Source of the DNA: Chrysomallon squamiferum
Taxonomy: Eukaryota; Animalia; Mollusca
Assembly (NCBI GenBank): GCA_012295275.1
Contig: CM022678.1
Span: 11,470,001-11,534,000, forward strand
Direction of reading: 5' to 3'
DNA: 64,000 bases
Shown here: positions 1 to 14,733 of the stretch, in pieces
Position numbering within the stretch: position 1 is the first letter of the stretch
How the letters are laid out: each line of letters starts with the position of its first letter
Position numbers and translations under genes: made by a program
The notes under the pieces: generated by a model
The model's database searches: none
Told to the model about the DNA's origin: nothing
Seen by the model: only the letters and a program-made list of their open reading frames with translations

Positions 1-32
1 GTGAATATTTGGCGTGTTGTGATTGGACAACT

Positions 33-98
33 CGTGCGGATGAATGTATACCCGGTGATGGTATAGCTTCACCCACCTAGGTTTACATCCACCGCACG
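33..98 (-). ncRNA. mir-36: microRNA precursor, mir-36 family; mature 3p at about 36-58 (UCACCGGGUAUACAUUCAUCCGC)
   Basis: Reverse complement of 36-58 has the miR-36 seed CACCGGG and the typical ACAUUCAU 3' part. Minus strand folds as CGUGCGG-UGGAUGUAAACCUAGGUGGGUG / loop / CAUCACCGGGUAUACAUUCAU-CCGCACG. CNNC (CAAC, 19-16) lies 17 nt past the mature 3' end. Confidence 0.92.
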
Positions 99-1660
99 TG
101 AACCCATAAATAAATCTCAAAATATTCAAATGAACCGCGTCAAACTCTTGTTCTTCTACTGGCTGAAAAGAAATAATAATAATAATAATAAAACAAAATT
201 ATGCATAATTAATTGAAAATTGTGAAATATTCAAGTATAAATAAAATAAAAAAAAATATAAAATGAAGTGAAGAGAAGTAAAATAAAATAAAACAAAAAT
301 CGTTATTGTTTACGGCATTAATATTATCAGGTGTACAAAAATCCTTGTAAGAATGAGCCGACAAGAAAAAAAAAAAAAAAAAGTATAGTTTTTACCCCTC
401 GATGTCTTCATATAATTAGTCTTTACCTTTCAAATATCCCATTAAATTTAACGTTATGAGTGGATAATGATGATGATGATAATCTTCAGAGAAAAAGATG
501 ACTGAGTGCTATTTATTTATTTATCTTCGCGGTAATTAATTAAGTCGATGCACGTGATATTGCATGTCAGAATCTCATCAGATTAACATTGAAATATTTT
601 TTATTTTTGTTGTTGTTCCATTTTGAATCAACATATCAGTTAATCTGGAAATAGAAAACTAACGTTATAATAATAAATAAAAATAAATACACGAACGAAT
701 GAATGAATAAATTTGAAATTACAATAATGATAGCTGTATTTGATTTTTAAAAATAACGATAATAATGATCATGCAAAATCTTTTACAAAAAAAAACACTT
801 CAGATGACGTTTTTCAATCATTTTTTCTTCATTCAAGCATTCCAAAAGAAAAAAGTATTGTGTGAGACATGCGTTCTGTTTCACGCGCCACTCTACATTA
901 AAACAATTATTTTGCACTGAACTGTCGTCTGCTTTCCTAGCAATATAAATGTAAATAAGAAAAATTAATCATCCATGAACAGCCTCAACATAATTATACG
1001 AAAATGTATATGAAATATGACGCGTTTATATTTTGAGTTTCTTTATCATTTTGCTGTGTCATTTTCTTTTCTTCTTCTTCTTTTCTTTTTTTTTTTTTTT
1101 TAAAGTAAATAATAATAATAATAAATAATGAAACGATCGAACTAAGCGTGTAAAATGCACTGAAATACTTATAGCCTGAATTTATTGATTTGTTCCCAGG
1201 AGTTCAAGCAAAGTTCATACGTCAGGGAAAGCTCAGCAGTATAGCGCATGCGTCAAGATAAAAAGTTTCCCATTAACGCATATTGGCTAGGAATTTAATT
1301 ACTGTGCATGTTACTTTTATTATTATTATTATTATTATTACTACTATTATTGTTGTTGTTGTTGTGATTATTATCATCTTAGTGCATTTTTACTAACAAT
1401 CATGAAAATAAAGTAATTTTTGTTTTCAGGCTATTTAAACCTTTTCCTTTGATTTTTTTTGTTTTTGTTTTTTTTTACATTAAATCTCACTGCAGATTTT
1501 GACAGCAATAAACTTTATGTTATCGTAAACAAGCACTCAACCACGCACATTCTGTATAAAAGAAAAACACTTAAAAGTGTTCAGTAGGTAAATATCTACA
1601 TCCAAAGAAGAAAACGTTTTCTTATAACTACGTCACCATCTTTTATTTCTATATTTCATT

Positions 1661-1744
<84 letters not shown>

Positions 1745-2199
1745 AGCGACTGCAAATAGAATATAATTATACGTCGTCTTTGTTCGATTTCATTAAATTT
1801 TCTGCAGCATTTTTCCTCACAGTGAAAAACAATTTTACAACATAAAGACGACGACAATCGCACAAAATGATTTATTATCTAATTAATTTATAATCATTCT
1901 TCTCCAGTCAGTAATAAAATTTTACATTCATCACAAAATCCTGTATTCATCAAGGATATCTGTTATACATGCATTCACCATACATACATGTTAATTATAT
2001 AATGTGGCCAAAATTAAAACATAATAATTATTTTGGATAAATTATGCACAAATAAATATATCCACACACACACACACAACTCACACATACACACACACAC
2101 ACACATATATATATTCATGCATATATATATATATATGTATGTATGTATGTATATAGGTGTATAGGTGTATTAGTCTGTATATGTATACATATATATGTA

Positions 2200-2308
<109 letters not shown>

Positions 2309-2869
2309 TGCATAGATGGATAACACAGACATACACACTGTCACACATACGTACACAGAAGAAACATATGAACATTTCTCTGTAACATACATCTATCAAC
2401 ATCTTATCTATCTACACAAACAAGCACACACACACACACACACGTGCAACTTAATGCCAGACAACCAGACACGGACAGAAAAATCAAAAGGAAAAATAAA
2501 AATAAAAAAACCGGTCAAGGTAACACATCTGTCGACTCAAGTTTTATTTAATGTGTTTATAACACATCCTGCCTTAAGCCATTAATAACTTAAATAACAT
2601 TTGTAGTTTTTTTTTATTTATCAGTCACCTTCGTGCCAGGTCACGTGACCGCGTGAACTCACTAACTTGATTGATTCGACTGACCAAAGCGACCGGGAGA
2701 GCGAGAACAGACTGGCTGATAGGTGCACGTAAGCCAAATCCGAGATCGAGGCCGGGTCGAAAGGGTAATCACTAAAATTACAGTCCACGCGGATGACCAC
2801 TAGTTTTCAGGGTGAGAAGGTCAATGTACATATCTCGCTGCACATGCCCATGACTATATATATATATAT

Positions 2870-2928
<59 letters not shown>

Positions 2929-3243
2929 TATAAGAACACGCATATACATATACATATATAAACCACAATCAGATATTATTATTAATAATAATAATAATAA
3001 CAGAAGCATTTTTACCATCAAAATTCATATATATATCTGTTGGCGAAGTATCGGGTATATTTAATTTAAAATTCAACTGACGTCGTACCGATGAAGAGTT
3101 TCTTATTCTGACTTGAATACTGCACTCGACCAAAACGTCCGAACTACTCTAAAGTGAAAAAAAACAAAAAAAAAAAAACAGACAGTAACAAAAATTATTA
3201 AGTTAAAATATTGTTGCTTTAAGTCTTGTACTATTATTATTAC

Positions 3244-3280
<37 letters not shown>

Positions 3281-5569
3281 CATGGTATCATCATCATCAT
3301 CATCGACGTATTCTCATTTTTCTATTTTGAATCTAAATAGTTTTCCCAACATAATAAACAAGAAGCCATTTTACTCACGGCATTGTTATCTTTATTTGCG
3401 TGAAATGAAACCAGACACTGGTCTGGAGCCTCGGTTGGATATACGAGGTATGCCGAACATGTGGACACGCTTAAATGATAACCTTGAGTTTCGCCATAGC
3501 CTTTTATGTTGTTCGGCTCGTCCCGGTCACAGTCGGTAACCTTCGGTAGGATTCGTTTAGCCCGGTCATGGAAAACAGACGAGCGAAATGGAATCGTGGA
3601 ACACCTGCCGTTTTTGTTGTTTCGAGAGAAAATAGTTCTGAAATTGTTAATGGTTTCTTTTTGTTTTTCTTTGAATTCCTTTCAAATTTTTGTTTTGTTT
3701 TCTCAAGTTTCTGTAATACCAGATATTAAAACAAAATATAAACGGACTATGAGAATATTCAAGAAAACTTTACGAAGAAAAAGAGTCAGGTTACAATTAG
3801 GAAAGGTTAAGCATATGAAGAAAACAGAGGGCATAAACGGACAAATTATTAACGCTAACTATGCACGGTTACAGGTTTAATTTAAACATGAACAGATGCT
3901 TAAGCAACAACAGAACATTATAAATATAACTGATACTTGAATGACACATGCATTACCTGTCAGAGTACACATACTGTAAACATGGACTGACAGGTGTGTT
4001 TGAAAAAGAACGGACACATAAGTAGAAATAAGAATTGACACGTATGTAAGGAAAATCAAACATACGAGTAACGAAATGAATATGTATGTAAATATATGAA
4101 AGAGAATATTAACTGAGATTATTAATTGACAGACACTATGAAATTTACAATGTTCAAATTCACAGTTATTATTATTATTATTTTTTTTTTTTTTCAAGTA
4201 TTAATTTATAAGAAAATACTATACTGTATTCGGATGCAATATCAAAACTAACGAAATGTTAAAACAGTTCTGTACATTATATCAAGTATAATAATAAGAA
4301 GATACAACAGAATCTGAGAAATGTTAAATATACACGGACACTTTATGCTTACTGAAATAAACTATGTTTAAGCGGACACATATTTACTTAAATAAATGAT
4401 ATACAAGCGAACGCACATCATGACTAACATTAAACATGTACTGACACATATTAACGAAAGAAAGTTATGTACAAATAAATACGTACGGACATATTAATGA
4501 AATAAAACATAAGCAGACAGTATATTAATAAAAATACTCGAATACTAGTAAAGTGTATTAGTAACTGAACAACATTAAAACTCACGAGTCGAAGTCCCGC
4601 ACTGAAAATAATAATAAAAAAAAAAAATTCTCAAAGACATCTAAACTGAACTAAGTGCGTCTGCGAATGAATAGAAACCTCACGTGCATTCCTATGCACA
4701 AGCAACAGGCTTGCTTTGCTGGCTTGCCCCCCACCACCACCAACACACCAGCCTTCTTGGTCTTCTACTTCTTCCTTCTGCCCCCAAAACAAAAATCTGC
4801 GCTGTCGTCTGCTCTCTCTCCCTCGCCACGAAGAGTGACCCCACGAGCGACAAGCCGACCGGAGAAGCGTAAGGTCATGAACTTGTGCCTCCGAGTTGAC
4901 CCGAGAGTCGAGTTCAAGAAACTGGAAGGATTTATTATCAGTTCTGCGTCCAGAACTGCCCCGTAAACAGCGCGCGCTGGCCGGACAACCGCTGACCCGT
5001 CCGCCCGCCTGCCCGCCCGTGCAGGCCAGGCCAGGCCAGGCCAGGCAGTCAGGTGACCAGAGGGAAATGTATCTATTTATAGCTCGGTGCGAAACGTCGA
5101 CAAATGGCGGCGCGTTGCGGTCAGGGACGTACACTGACAGTCTGTTCCACTGCGAATGACCTCGAGAGAAGGTGTCCTGTCATTTACTCATAACTGTCAG
5201 CCTGCTGCCAGAAAAACATTTTGCCATAATCGCTAAAGCGACCCAACCCCCCCTTCTTTCTCCCTCCTCTTCTCCCCCCACAGAAAAATAATAAGCCCAC
5301 TCAGGAGTTTCGTAACGCCTGTAAATTTCTCTCTGACGTGCCAGAATTACAGAGTAGCCACTTCACTGGCCAGATCGTTGCTAAGGAGTGACACACACAC
5401 AGTACCATAATTGATTTTCATCCAAAGGTATTTTGTTCCGTTCCAACTCATGCTCGATAGGTAATGATAGAAGCATTTCTGGTGAAAGCATAAAAAAAAA
5501 GTGGGCTGCTTGTATATCGTTGTAAAACAAAACTTAACACAAACAGAAATAATAGATTATACACTTGTT

Positions 5570-5742
<173 letters not shown>

Positions 5743-5971
5743 TGAAAACTAATCAAATAAATAATTTCGTTTTTCGCTTTATGATCTTCTTTATTATAAT
5801 TATATTTATTTATTTATCACTTTAGCTTATTTACGAAACTAATTTCATGTGACTTTAGATTATCTGAAAAATGATTTGACTACAGTGTTTTCTTCACTTT
5901 GATACAGTTTGATCGGGAAACACCTACATTTATCATACGTTTTCTGATCTACGAGGATTTATCTCTAGATG

Positions 5972-6006
<35 letters not shown>

Positions 6007-6923
6007 AAAAAAAAAAAAACCAGGTGCGCTTGTTTTCGCCGTCTGGATTATTTCATTGTTAAAAGTTACCCAAAGGAAGCCACCGATTTGTTTGTTTATT
6101 TTGGCATTCCTTAAAGTTCAAAACAAAAACAAACAAAACAAAACATAACAAAACAAAAAACAGTAAAAGAAAAAAAGGAAAGTAAGAAGTAAAGCTTGAA
6201 AGGTTTCTCAGCAAAATTTCAGCGAAAATTTCACAGTAACTATGTTCATTTTAGCATTGCGGGTAAAAAAATAAAACATAAAAGAAAGAAGAGAAAAAGA
6301 AAACAGAAAACAAAAAATATTTATGCTGATTCAGTTATTCCCAGATCGAGGCTGCTTATCAGGTGACTCGTGTCCGACGTCGGTCCATTCCAGGACGTTG
6401 CCACTTTAACCCCGTGTCATCTCCATAGATACGAAGATTTATATAATAACTGCTGAGCATACAAAGGGCACTTACTGGCCACCCAGGCCACTGATTAGAG
6501 TTATCGACCTTCTACGAAAGTAGCGACATCATCGGTGATGCTCGGCTCTATCCGTATTTTCACGATCGGGCTGCTTCGTTTTAAAGCAACGTTTCAAATC
6601 AATTGAAACTTTTCCACTAGTTTTTCCTTTTTTTTTTTTTTTTTTTTCTTTTTTTTATTCATATATTTTTATTTTGTAAAATAAGAAACAAACTGAAATA
6701 ACTTTCTTACCCACTCCCATCATTTTTTTTTTTTTTTTTTTTTTTATTTATATTTATATTTATATTTGACATTTTGAATTTCCAGATATCCCGTAAGTCG
6801 AAAGGGAGCAATATACTTATAAGGCTGAGCCTCCGTATAATAATTTTTGACACCTTATTTTTGTTTACCTTTTATTCAGCTCTTAACTTTTGACTATGAT
6901 TTTATTATAGCGACGCTTGTTTA

Positions 6924-6959
<36 letters not shown>

Positions 6960-7306
6960 TGCTATGAATCTCTTTACATCTGATGTGTAATGATAGAAAA
7001 TTAATCAATATTCTCTTGTGACGTCATTAAATAATATAGAATAAGTGGTACCAGAAAATTAATCAGTCTGTATTGGTTTCAGATATACAAATGACGATGT
7101 AATAAATATGCTTTGCTGGTGTCGTTATTTAAAACAAACTTTTTTCAATACGTTTAATGCTTTTTACGAAGTTTATCTGAGTAAAAAATAATATAATGAC
7201 TATGATATTATGTGATATGATATCGTCGTATATATAATAAAATTATTATATAATATATATATATATTCAGTGTAAGAGGTTATATATACATACATACATA
7301 CATACA

Positions 7307-7342
<36 letters not shown>

Positions 7343-7633
7343 TATATATATTAACTTGTATTATTAAACTGAGTGTACTGAACACAAATTTAGAAATTAT
7401 AGAATTAATAATTAAATAATGTTCTGTCATAATTCGTTTAATTAGTTATTTTATTAATTACTTAAAGTATTTAGTATTATTTATTACTATTATTATATTA
7501 TTAATTAATTAATTAATTAAGTTAACTTTACAGGATGACTTAAACTGATGGAAAAATATCGACAATAATGACAACAAAAGCAAACACAACAACATCATCA
7601 ACAATGATGAAATAGTTTATTATTAATATTAAT

Positions 7634-7713
<80 letters not shown>

Positions 7714-8120
7714 TTTTATATTTATTACTTTGGCCTGTTATTTCATACTGATATTAATCGTATAATAATAGTAACAACAACAACAACAATAAGAAGAAGA
7801 AGAAGAAGAAGAAGAAGACGAAGACGAAGAAGAAGAAGAAGAAGAAGAAGAAGAAGAAGAAGAAGAAGAAGAAGATATTAAGAAATAAAGATGACAGCAG
7901 AGGAAAACAGATGAAGAAGAAGAAAGAAAAGAGAAACATTTTTTCTTTTTCAAACATTTTCTTTTCTTTCAGTTTATTTTTCTCTTCACTTCTGCTACAA
8001 ATATCGAAGCAGACGACGTGTGCGATCCAGTCAACCAGAACCGTTTTTTTTCTTCAGGAAAACCAGTTTAGCGACGACCTTCGTGACCTCTCACAATGAA
8101 TACAAAGTAGTTAATATTCC

Positions 8121-8211
8121 CGAGCATTGTCTGCACCTCCGATAGCCTTTCTTTTCAAAACTCGAGCATTGTCTGCACCTCCGATAGCCTTTCTTTTCAA
8201 AACTCGAGCAA
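8121..8211. repeat. 42-bp tandem duplication
   Basis: CGAGCATTGTCTGCACCTCCGATAGCCTTTCTTTTCAAAACT occurs twice, followed by a third CGAGCA. Confidence 0.93.
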
Positions 8212-10185
8212 TAAATCCAACCATATCAGCGTTTACGCGTACGTTACAGGGCAGCAGGAGAGCTGTGGAAGAAACTGATGGGTCGGGTATTTTGAGGGGC
8301 GTGTTTTGTAGGGACGACGAGAGGCGAAGACGGTCAGTACGCTGCAGCAGTGAATGGACTGGGGAACGAAAGAGTTGTCCTACTTTTTAAACTACAGTTA
8401 CCGGCCTTTTGTTGTTACTTGATAATATCGAAAAAAAGAAAAAGAAAAAGGGACTGTCTAATTTGTGAGACAGATACAAAAACACATAGAGAGGGAGAAA
8501 AACGAGCAACACACACACACATAGATAGATAGACAGATGGACAGAAAGAAAGATAACAGAGAAACAAGAAACTGAGACTATTATTATTATCTACATAAAA
8601 AAAGGGTGAAAAACAGAACTGTAATCGACGTATTGAAAACTATTAATCGAAGGAGAAATACACCTCCTTTAATTAATAAAATGTCTGCCCTGTTTCTGTT
8701 TTGTTAAACTCGCTATTCTCGCTGTCATCTGATATATTCGTGTGTCAAGTCTTGTGAATAGACTTAGTCGAGCGAGAGACGCTTTGCATTGTGGGACCGT
8801 CCCAGCACCTCGTATCTGTTTTCCAAATTTCTATGGTGGCACACAAGAAATCTTCAGACCATGAAAGCCTGTATAGACTTTAGAAATCCTTTCGCTTACC
8901 TTCTAAATGGCATGAATAGAGATAAAAACCCGAAACATCGTGAGAAAAAGTCGATCATACTTTTCAAATGTTAAACTCTTTATTCATATTTACATGTCTT
9001 TCTTCCTTCTTTTTTTATTTGCGGTTTCTGAAAGCGGATTTACTGATCCGAAAAAAAAATAATAATAATAATAAAACACGACTATGACTAGTATTCAGAA
9101 ATGTCTTTTTTCCTTCGTCCTCCATTTTGAAACTTGTAATTTGAAATTAGTGTTTTCTACATTAAAACTGATTTTGTAAACGTCACAAAATTCGATAGAC
9201 ACCTGTTGATGAGGTTTATTAAATACGAAATTAGGTTCAGCGGGAAAATAGATCGACATCCTGTCCTTGAATTAACGTCATCGCAAATAATTCTTAATCT
9301 GGCACGTATCCAAATGTGCTAACATTGAAACGAAATTAATAATAACAATAACAATAACAATAATAATAATAATAACAACAACCAACAATATATTTCTTTA
9401 TCAATTTAAGACAAACTAAGCAAGAAAGAACAGATAGAAAAATAAACGTGTTTAAGATCTTGAACGAGAGCTGACTTTACGTAGTTCGAACTTCTGACAA
9501 CAGCAAAATGATTTTCGTTCCGCCCCAGTGAACAGATAACGCAAAGGTTGAACATTTCATTACGTCTGAAGTAAAATATATGAACTTGAAAAGCGCATGA
9601 AATGTTTTCATTTTCATTCAATATTTATTTATTTATTTTTTTTATAATTTATTATCTCCCTTTGATCGGTTAACGATCTTATTCTCTGTTAACAGAATTT
9701 ACTTGTATTTGAAAATCTTTTGTTATCTGTTTACAAATCGAAAAAATGTTTGCTGAATAAATGAATAAAGAGAGATAAATATAAAGTTGTTGTTGTCTCA
9801 TGTCTGTATGTCACTAACGTTTGTCTGTCTGTCGTCTTACTGTCTGTCACACTGTCCATATGTCCGTCCATCTACTGCAGAAAAAGTGTAAATGAAAAAC
9901 GTGTGTTTATCTACAGCAATGTATTGTAGATGTTTTACAAGGGATAGATATTCTGCAGGTACAACACAAATTCAAGTGTAATCTATTTTTCTCTGCAGTG
10001 AACTTCTTATCAAAATACTGTGACTGCTCTGGGAAGTGACATACACAGAAAAAATGAATGGTAGAAGAAGAAAATAATAATAATAAGATGATGATAGCAA
10101 AGATGGTGATGAGGCTGGTTTGTTTTAGTAAATGGATACAGGTAACTACGGGAATTTACTTCGTTTATACAAAGTCAGAAACGCG

Positions 10186-10326
<141 letters not shown>

Positions 10327-10915
10327 CATTGATCATTTACTGAGTTGTAATAAGGTGTTGAAGTAATTCCTCGTCTAAGATATTTTTAACTCTCTAAACG
10401 TCTGTAAATATTCATTTAAAAATTGCACGAGTGAAGAAAACAAGAACAATAAAACAAACAATTTCAAAAATAAACAGCTCCTGCTCCGACACAAAAATAA
10501 TCATAACTTCCAACAAATCCATAATTTGAAAAACGATATTTCTAACACCTGTTCCTTGGCGTTACGCTATGACGTAATACGTTAACTGTGTGACGCAAAA
10601 CATTACTCTGTGACGTAACAATCAAGCCTTATGGCAGTTTCGGTACGAGGCTTAATGCTCGTTTTGGAAAAGGTCTTTTGTTTGAGGCGGGCAATGAGAA
10701 GATCGCCGCGGCGCAGAGAACAATAAGACACAAGTATTTTCGGATGATGTGTCGTCGTGAACGGCGCTGCTGATGTGACAGGTGAAAGGAGGGTAATTTA
10801 AAAAGGTTAAACGACGTCGACAGGTATTTTAACACCTGTCTGGCGATGTTCACTCGAGGATTTCAGTTTATGTGTGAAGCGTAGCCATCCAGCCAAACTC
10901 TCCAGTTGTACCTGA

Positions 10916-12511
10916 ATCTTTACCAAGTTTATCTTTACCAAGTTTATATTTACCAAGTTTATCTTTACCAAGTTTATCTTTACCAAGTTTATCTTTACCA
11001 AGTTTATCTGTACCAAGTTTATCTGTACCAAGTTTATCTTTACCAAGTTTATCTGTACCAAGTTTATCTTTACCAAGTTTATCTTTACCAAGTTTATCTG
11101 TACCAAGTTTATCTTTACCAAGTTTATCTGTACCAAGTTTATCTTTACCAAGTTTGTCTTTACCAAGTTTGTCTTTACCAAGTTTATCTTTACCAAGTTT
11201 ATCTTTACCAAGTTTATCTTCACCAAGTTTATCTGTACCAAGTTTGTCTTTACCAAGTTTATCTGTACCAAGTTTGTCTTCACCAGGTTTGTCTTTACCA
11301 AGTTTATCTTTACCAAGTTTGTCTTCACCAGGTTTGTCTTTACCAAGTTTGTCTTTACCAAGTTTGTCTTTACCAAGTTTATCTTTACCAAGTTTGTCTT
11401 CACCAGGTTTGTCTTTACCAAGTTTGTCTTTACCAAGTTTGTCTTTACCAAGTTTATCTTTACCAAGTTTATCTTTACCAAGTTTATCTGTACCAAGTTT
11501 ATCTTCACCAAGTTTATCTTCACCAAGTTTATCTTCACCAAGTTTATCTTTACCAAGTTTATCTTTACCAAGTTTGTCTTTACCAAGTTTGTCTTTACCA
11601 AGTTTATCTTTACCAAGTTTGTCTTTACCAAGTTTATCTTTACCAAGTTTATCTGTACCAAGTTTATCTTTACCAAGTTTGTCTTCACCAGGTTTGTCTT
11701 TACCAAGTTTGTCTTTACCAAGTTTGTCTTTACCAAGTTTGTCTTTACCAAGTTTATCTTTACCAAGTTTGTCTTTACCAAGTTTGTCTTTACCAAGTTT
11801 ATCTTTACCAAGTTTATCTTTACCAAGTTTATCTTCACCAAGTTTATCTGTACCAAGTTTGTCTTTACCAAGTTTATCTGTACCAAGTTTGTCTTTACCA
11901 AGTTTATCTTTACCAAGTTTATCTTCACCAAGTTTATCTGTACCAAGTTTATCTTTACCAAGTTTGTCTTCACCAGGTTTGTCTTTACCAAGTTTGTCTT
12001 TACCAAGTTTGTCTTTACCAAGTTTATCTTTACCAAGTTTGTCTTTACCAAGTTTATCTTTACCAAGTTTATCTTCACCAAGTTTATCTGTACCAAGTTT
12101 GTCTTTACCAAGTTTATCTTTACCAAGTTTGTCTTCACCAGGTTTGTCTTTACCAAGTTTGTCTTTACCAAGTTTGTCTTTACCAAGTTTGTCTTTACCA
12201 AGTTTATCTTTACCAAGTTTATCTTCACCAAGTTTATCTGTACCAAGTTTATCTTTACCAAGTTTGTCTTCACCAGGTTTGTCTTTACCAAGTTTGTCTT
12301 TACCAAGTTTGTCTTTACCAAGATTAGCTTTACCAAGTTTATCTTTACCAAGTTTATCTGTACCAAGTTTATCTTCACCAAGTTTATCTTCACCAAGTTT
12401 ATCTTCACCAAGTTTATCTTCACCAAGTTTATCTGTACCAAGTTTATCTTTACCAAGTTTGTCTTTACCAAGTTTATCTTTACCAAGTTTATCTTTACCA
12501 AGTTTATCTTT
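10916..12511. repeat. 15-bp minisatellite (TACCAAGTTTATCTT)n, 106 units
   Basis: Strict 15-bp register from 10921 to 12510 with no indels. A few recurrent single-base variants: GTCT, ATCTG, CACC, CAGG. Confidence 0.98.
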
Positions 12512-12675
12512 CATGTTGTATCTCCTTCCATGTTTCAACTCACACACACACACACATACACACACAGACACACACACACACTCACACACACACACACACA
12601 TACACACACATATACACACACACACAGACAAACACACACACACACACACATATATATATACACACACACACACAC

Positions 12676-12708
<33 letters not shown>

Positions 12709-12990
12709 GTTACATACGTACCTAAATACACGTGTATGTATTCAGAATCACGCAACATGGATGCAAAATAAATACTGTAAGCAGCTTTCTATTTACCATG
12801 ATCTCGAAAGAGTCAGGTTTTCAAGGGTTTTATTTATTTAAAAATAAAATAAAATAAAAATAAAAATAAAATAAAATAAAATAAAATAAAATAAAATAAA
12901 ATAAATGAGTAAATAGAAATATCATGATGCAGATAAGAAAAAAATTAAGTAATAACTTCTGTTACATTTGCCTATCCATCGTTTGTCAAC

Positions 12991-13061
<71 letters not shown>

Positions 13062-13096
13062 GAAAGATCCTCTTTATCTTCAGTATACAAGCACAT

Positions 13097-13131
<35 letters not shown>

Positions 13132-14117
13132 AATAGCATAGCTTTAACATGGTGAATATTAAAGTATTTTATGACTACAAATTTACTTAGTAATAACAAT
13201 AAATTAAAAATCAACAAGAAGACGGACAGGTAGACAAACGGCGGTTCAGAAGCAAATATTCCAAGGTGAAAGGTGCGTGATTTAAAGCACCGCAAGCAGT
13301 AGAGGTATTTTCTGCCTTGTTAAACACAAATTCTGGTGTGAATAACGAAACAAGATTAAGTTTCAGGACATAACATTCCCATGGGCTGCTGAAATACCCC
13401 ACGCTGTAGTAGGTGTTACGAAAAACGACGAACAATAAAGAACGGTTCCGGAGATTAACGAACAATAGCGCTAATGAATTCTTAGGGGATCAGAGCTCTT
13501 GTTGAAATCAGGGGGAGAAAACGGAAAATAGAAGGTTTTAATATTACGAGCAGAAGTGATCGAAGAAAATAGGATTTCTGAAGTTTGATTCGCATCAACG
13601 GACGAGTTTTAGTATCCCCCCCCCACCCCATAAATAAATCTCAGATTTACCTTGAATGTTTATCGGTTTTTCACCTGGTTGGGTAGTGGCTTTGATGTGC
13701 TTTTTGACGATTTATTGTTTTGTTTAGATTTGTTTTGTTTTTTTTATTACTGGATTTTGTAAGCTTGTCCAGGAGAGTCAGGTGATAACAACACACATGA
13801 AACTGCAGGTGACACGTGCTTTTGTTTTTCATACACAGGTGCATGGGAAAATAATAAATTAATAATGTGATTTTTAAACAAATTTTTATTAATCTATGAA
13901 ATTTACAATTTCTCACAGTGCGCGAAACAAGGATTTGTTCCACATTCTTGTTTTTACATCTCTCTCTCTCTCTCTCTCTCTATTTATTTATTTATTTATT
14001 TATTTATTACTGCTGTTGCTGTTGCAGTGTTGTCATGCAACTGTTTGCTTCACGTGCGTTGCCTGTGTTTTATTAACTGACTACTTCGATGAGAAATGAT
14101 TGAACAAATGAATACAT

Positions 14118-14293
<176 letters not shown>

Positions 14294-14639
14294 GTCAACA
14301 CGATACCTGTAATATCACCATGGTGATTTTTAACCAGCCAATCCGCTAATTCGTTGTATGTGACACAAGCTGATTGACGTAACAGTAATTCTGAGAGACT
14401 TAGCAACAGGTTTACATTTCTTCTGTCGTGAAGACATTGAACGTTATTTCAGTTGTTTGTTTATTTACTTACACGGCTAAAATAAGTAAATAAATAAGTA
14501 AATAAATAAATAGATGATAAACTGATCCTATTTACTTATCTTTTATTGCAGTTTATGAAACAATAAATAATTGTTTTTAAATATCACATTGGTAATCGTT
14601 ATAATGGTTCTTTTCTATCTATCTATCTGTGTATGTACG

Positions 14640-14733
<94 letters not shown>

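Noticed and set aside
3505-3525. miR-375-like TGTTGTTCGGCTCG
   Set aside because: Seed is broken and there is no star arm.
4631-5159. Overlapping ORFs in the GC-rich island
   Set aside because: No homology recognised and no consistent splice frame; expected from high local GC content.
10916-12511. CRISPR-like appearance of the array
   Set aside because: No unique spacers and no cas genes; eukaryotic context.
10807-12725. Alternative-frame ORFs over the minisatellite (VKINL, YQVYL, SLPSL)
   Set aside because: An automatic consequence of a 15-bp stop-free unit; starts are non-ATG or lack other support.
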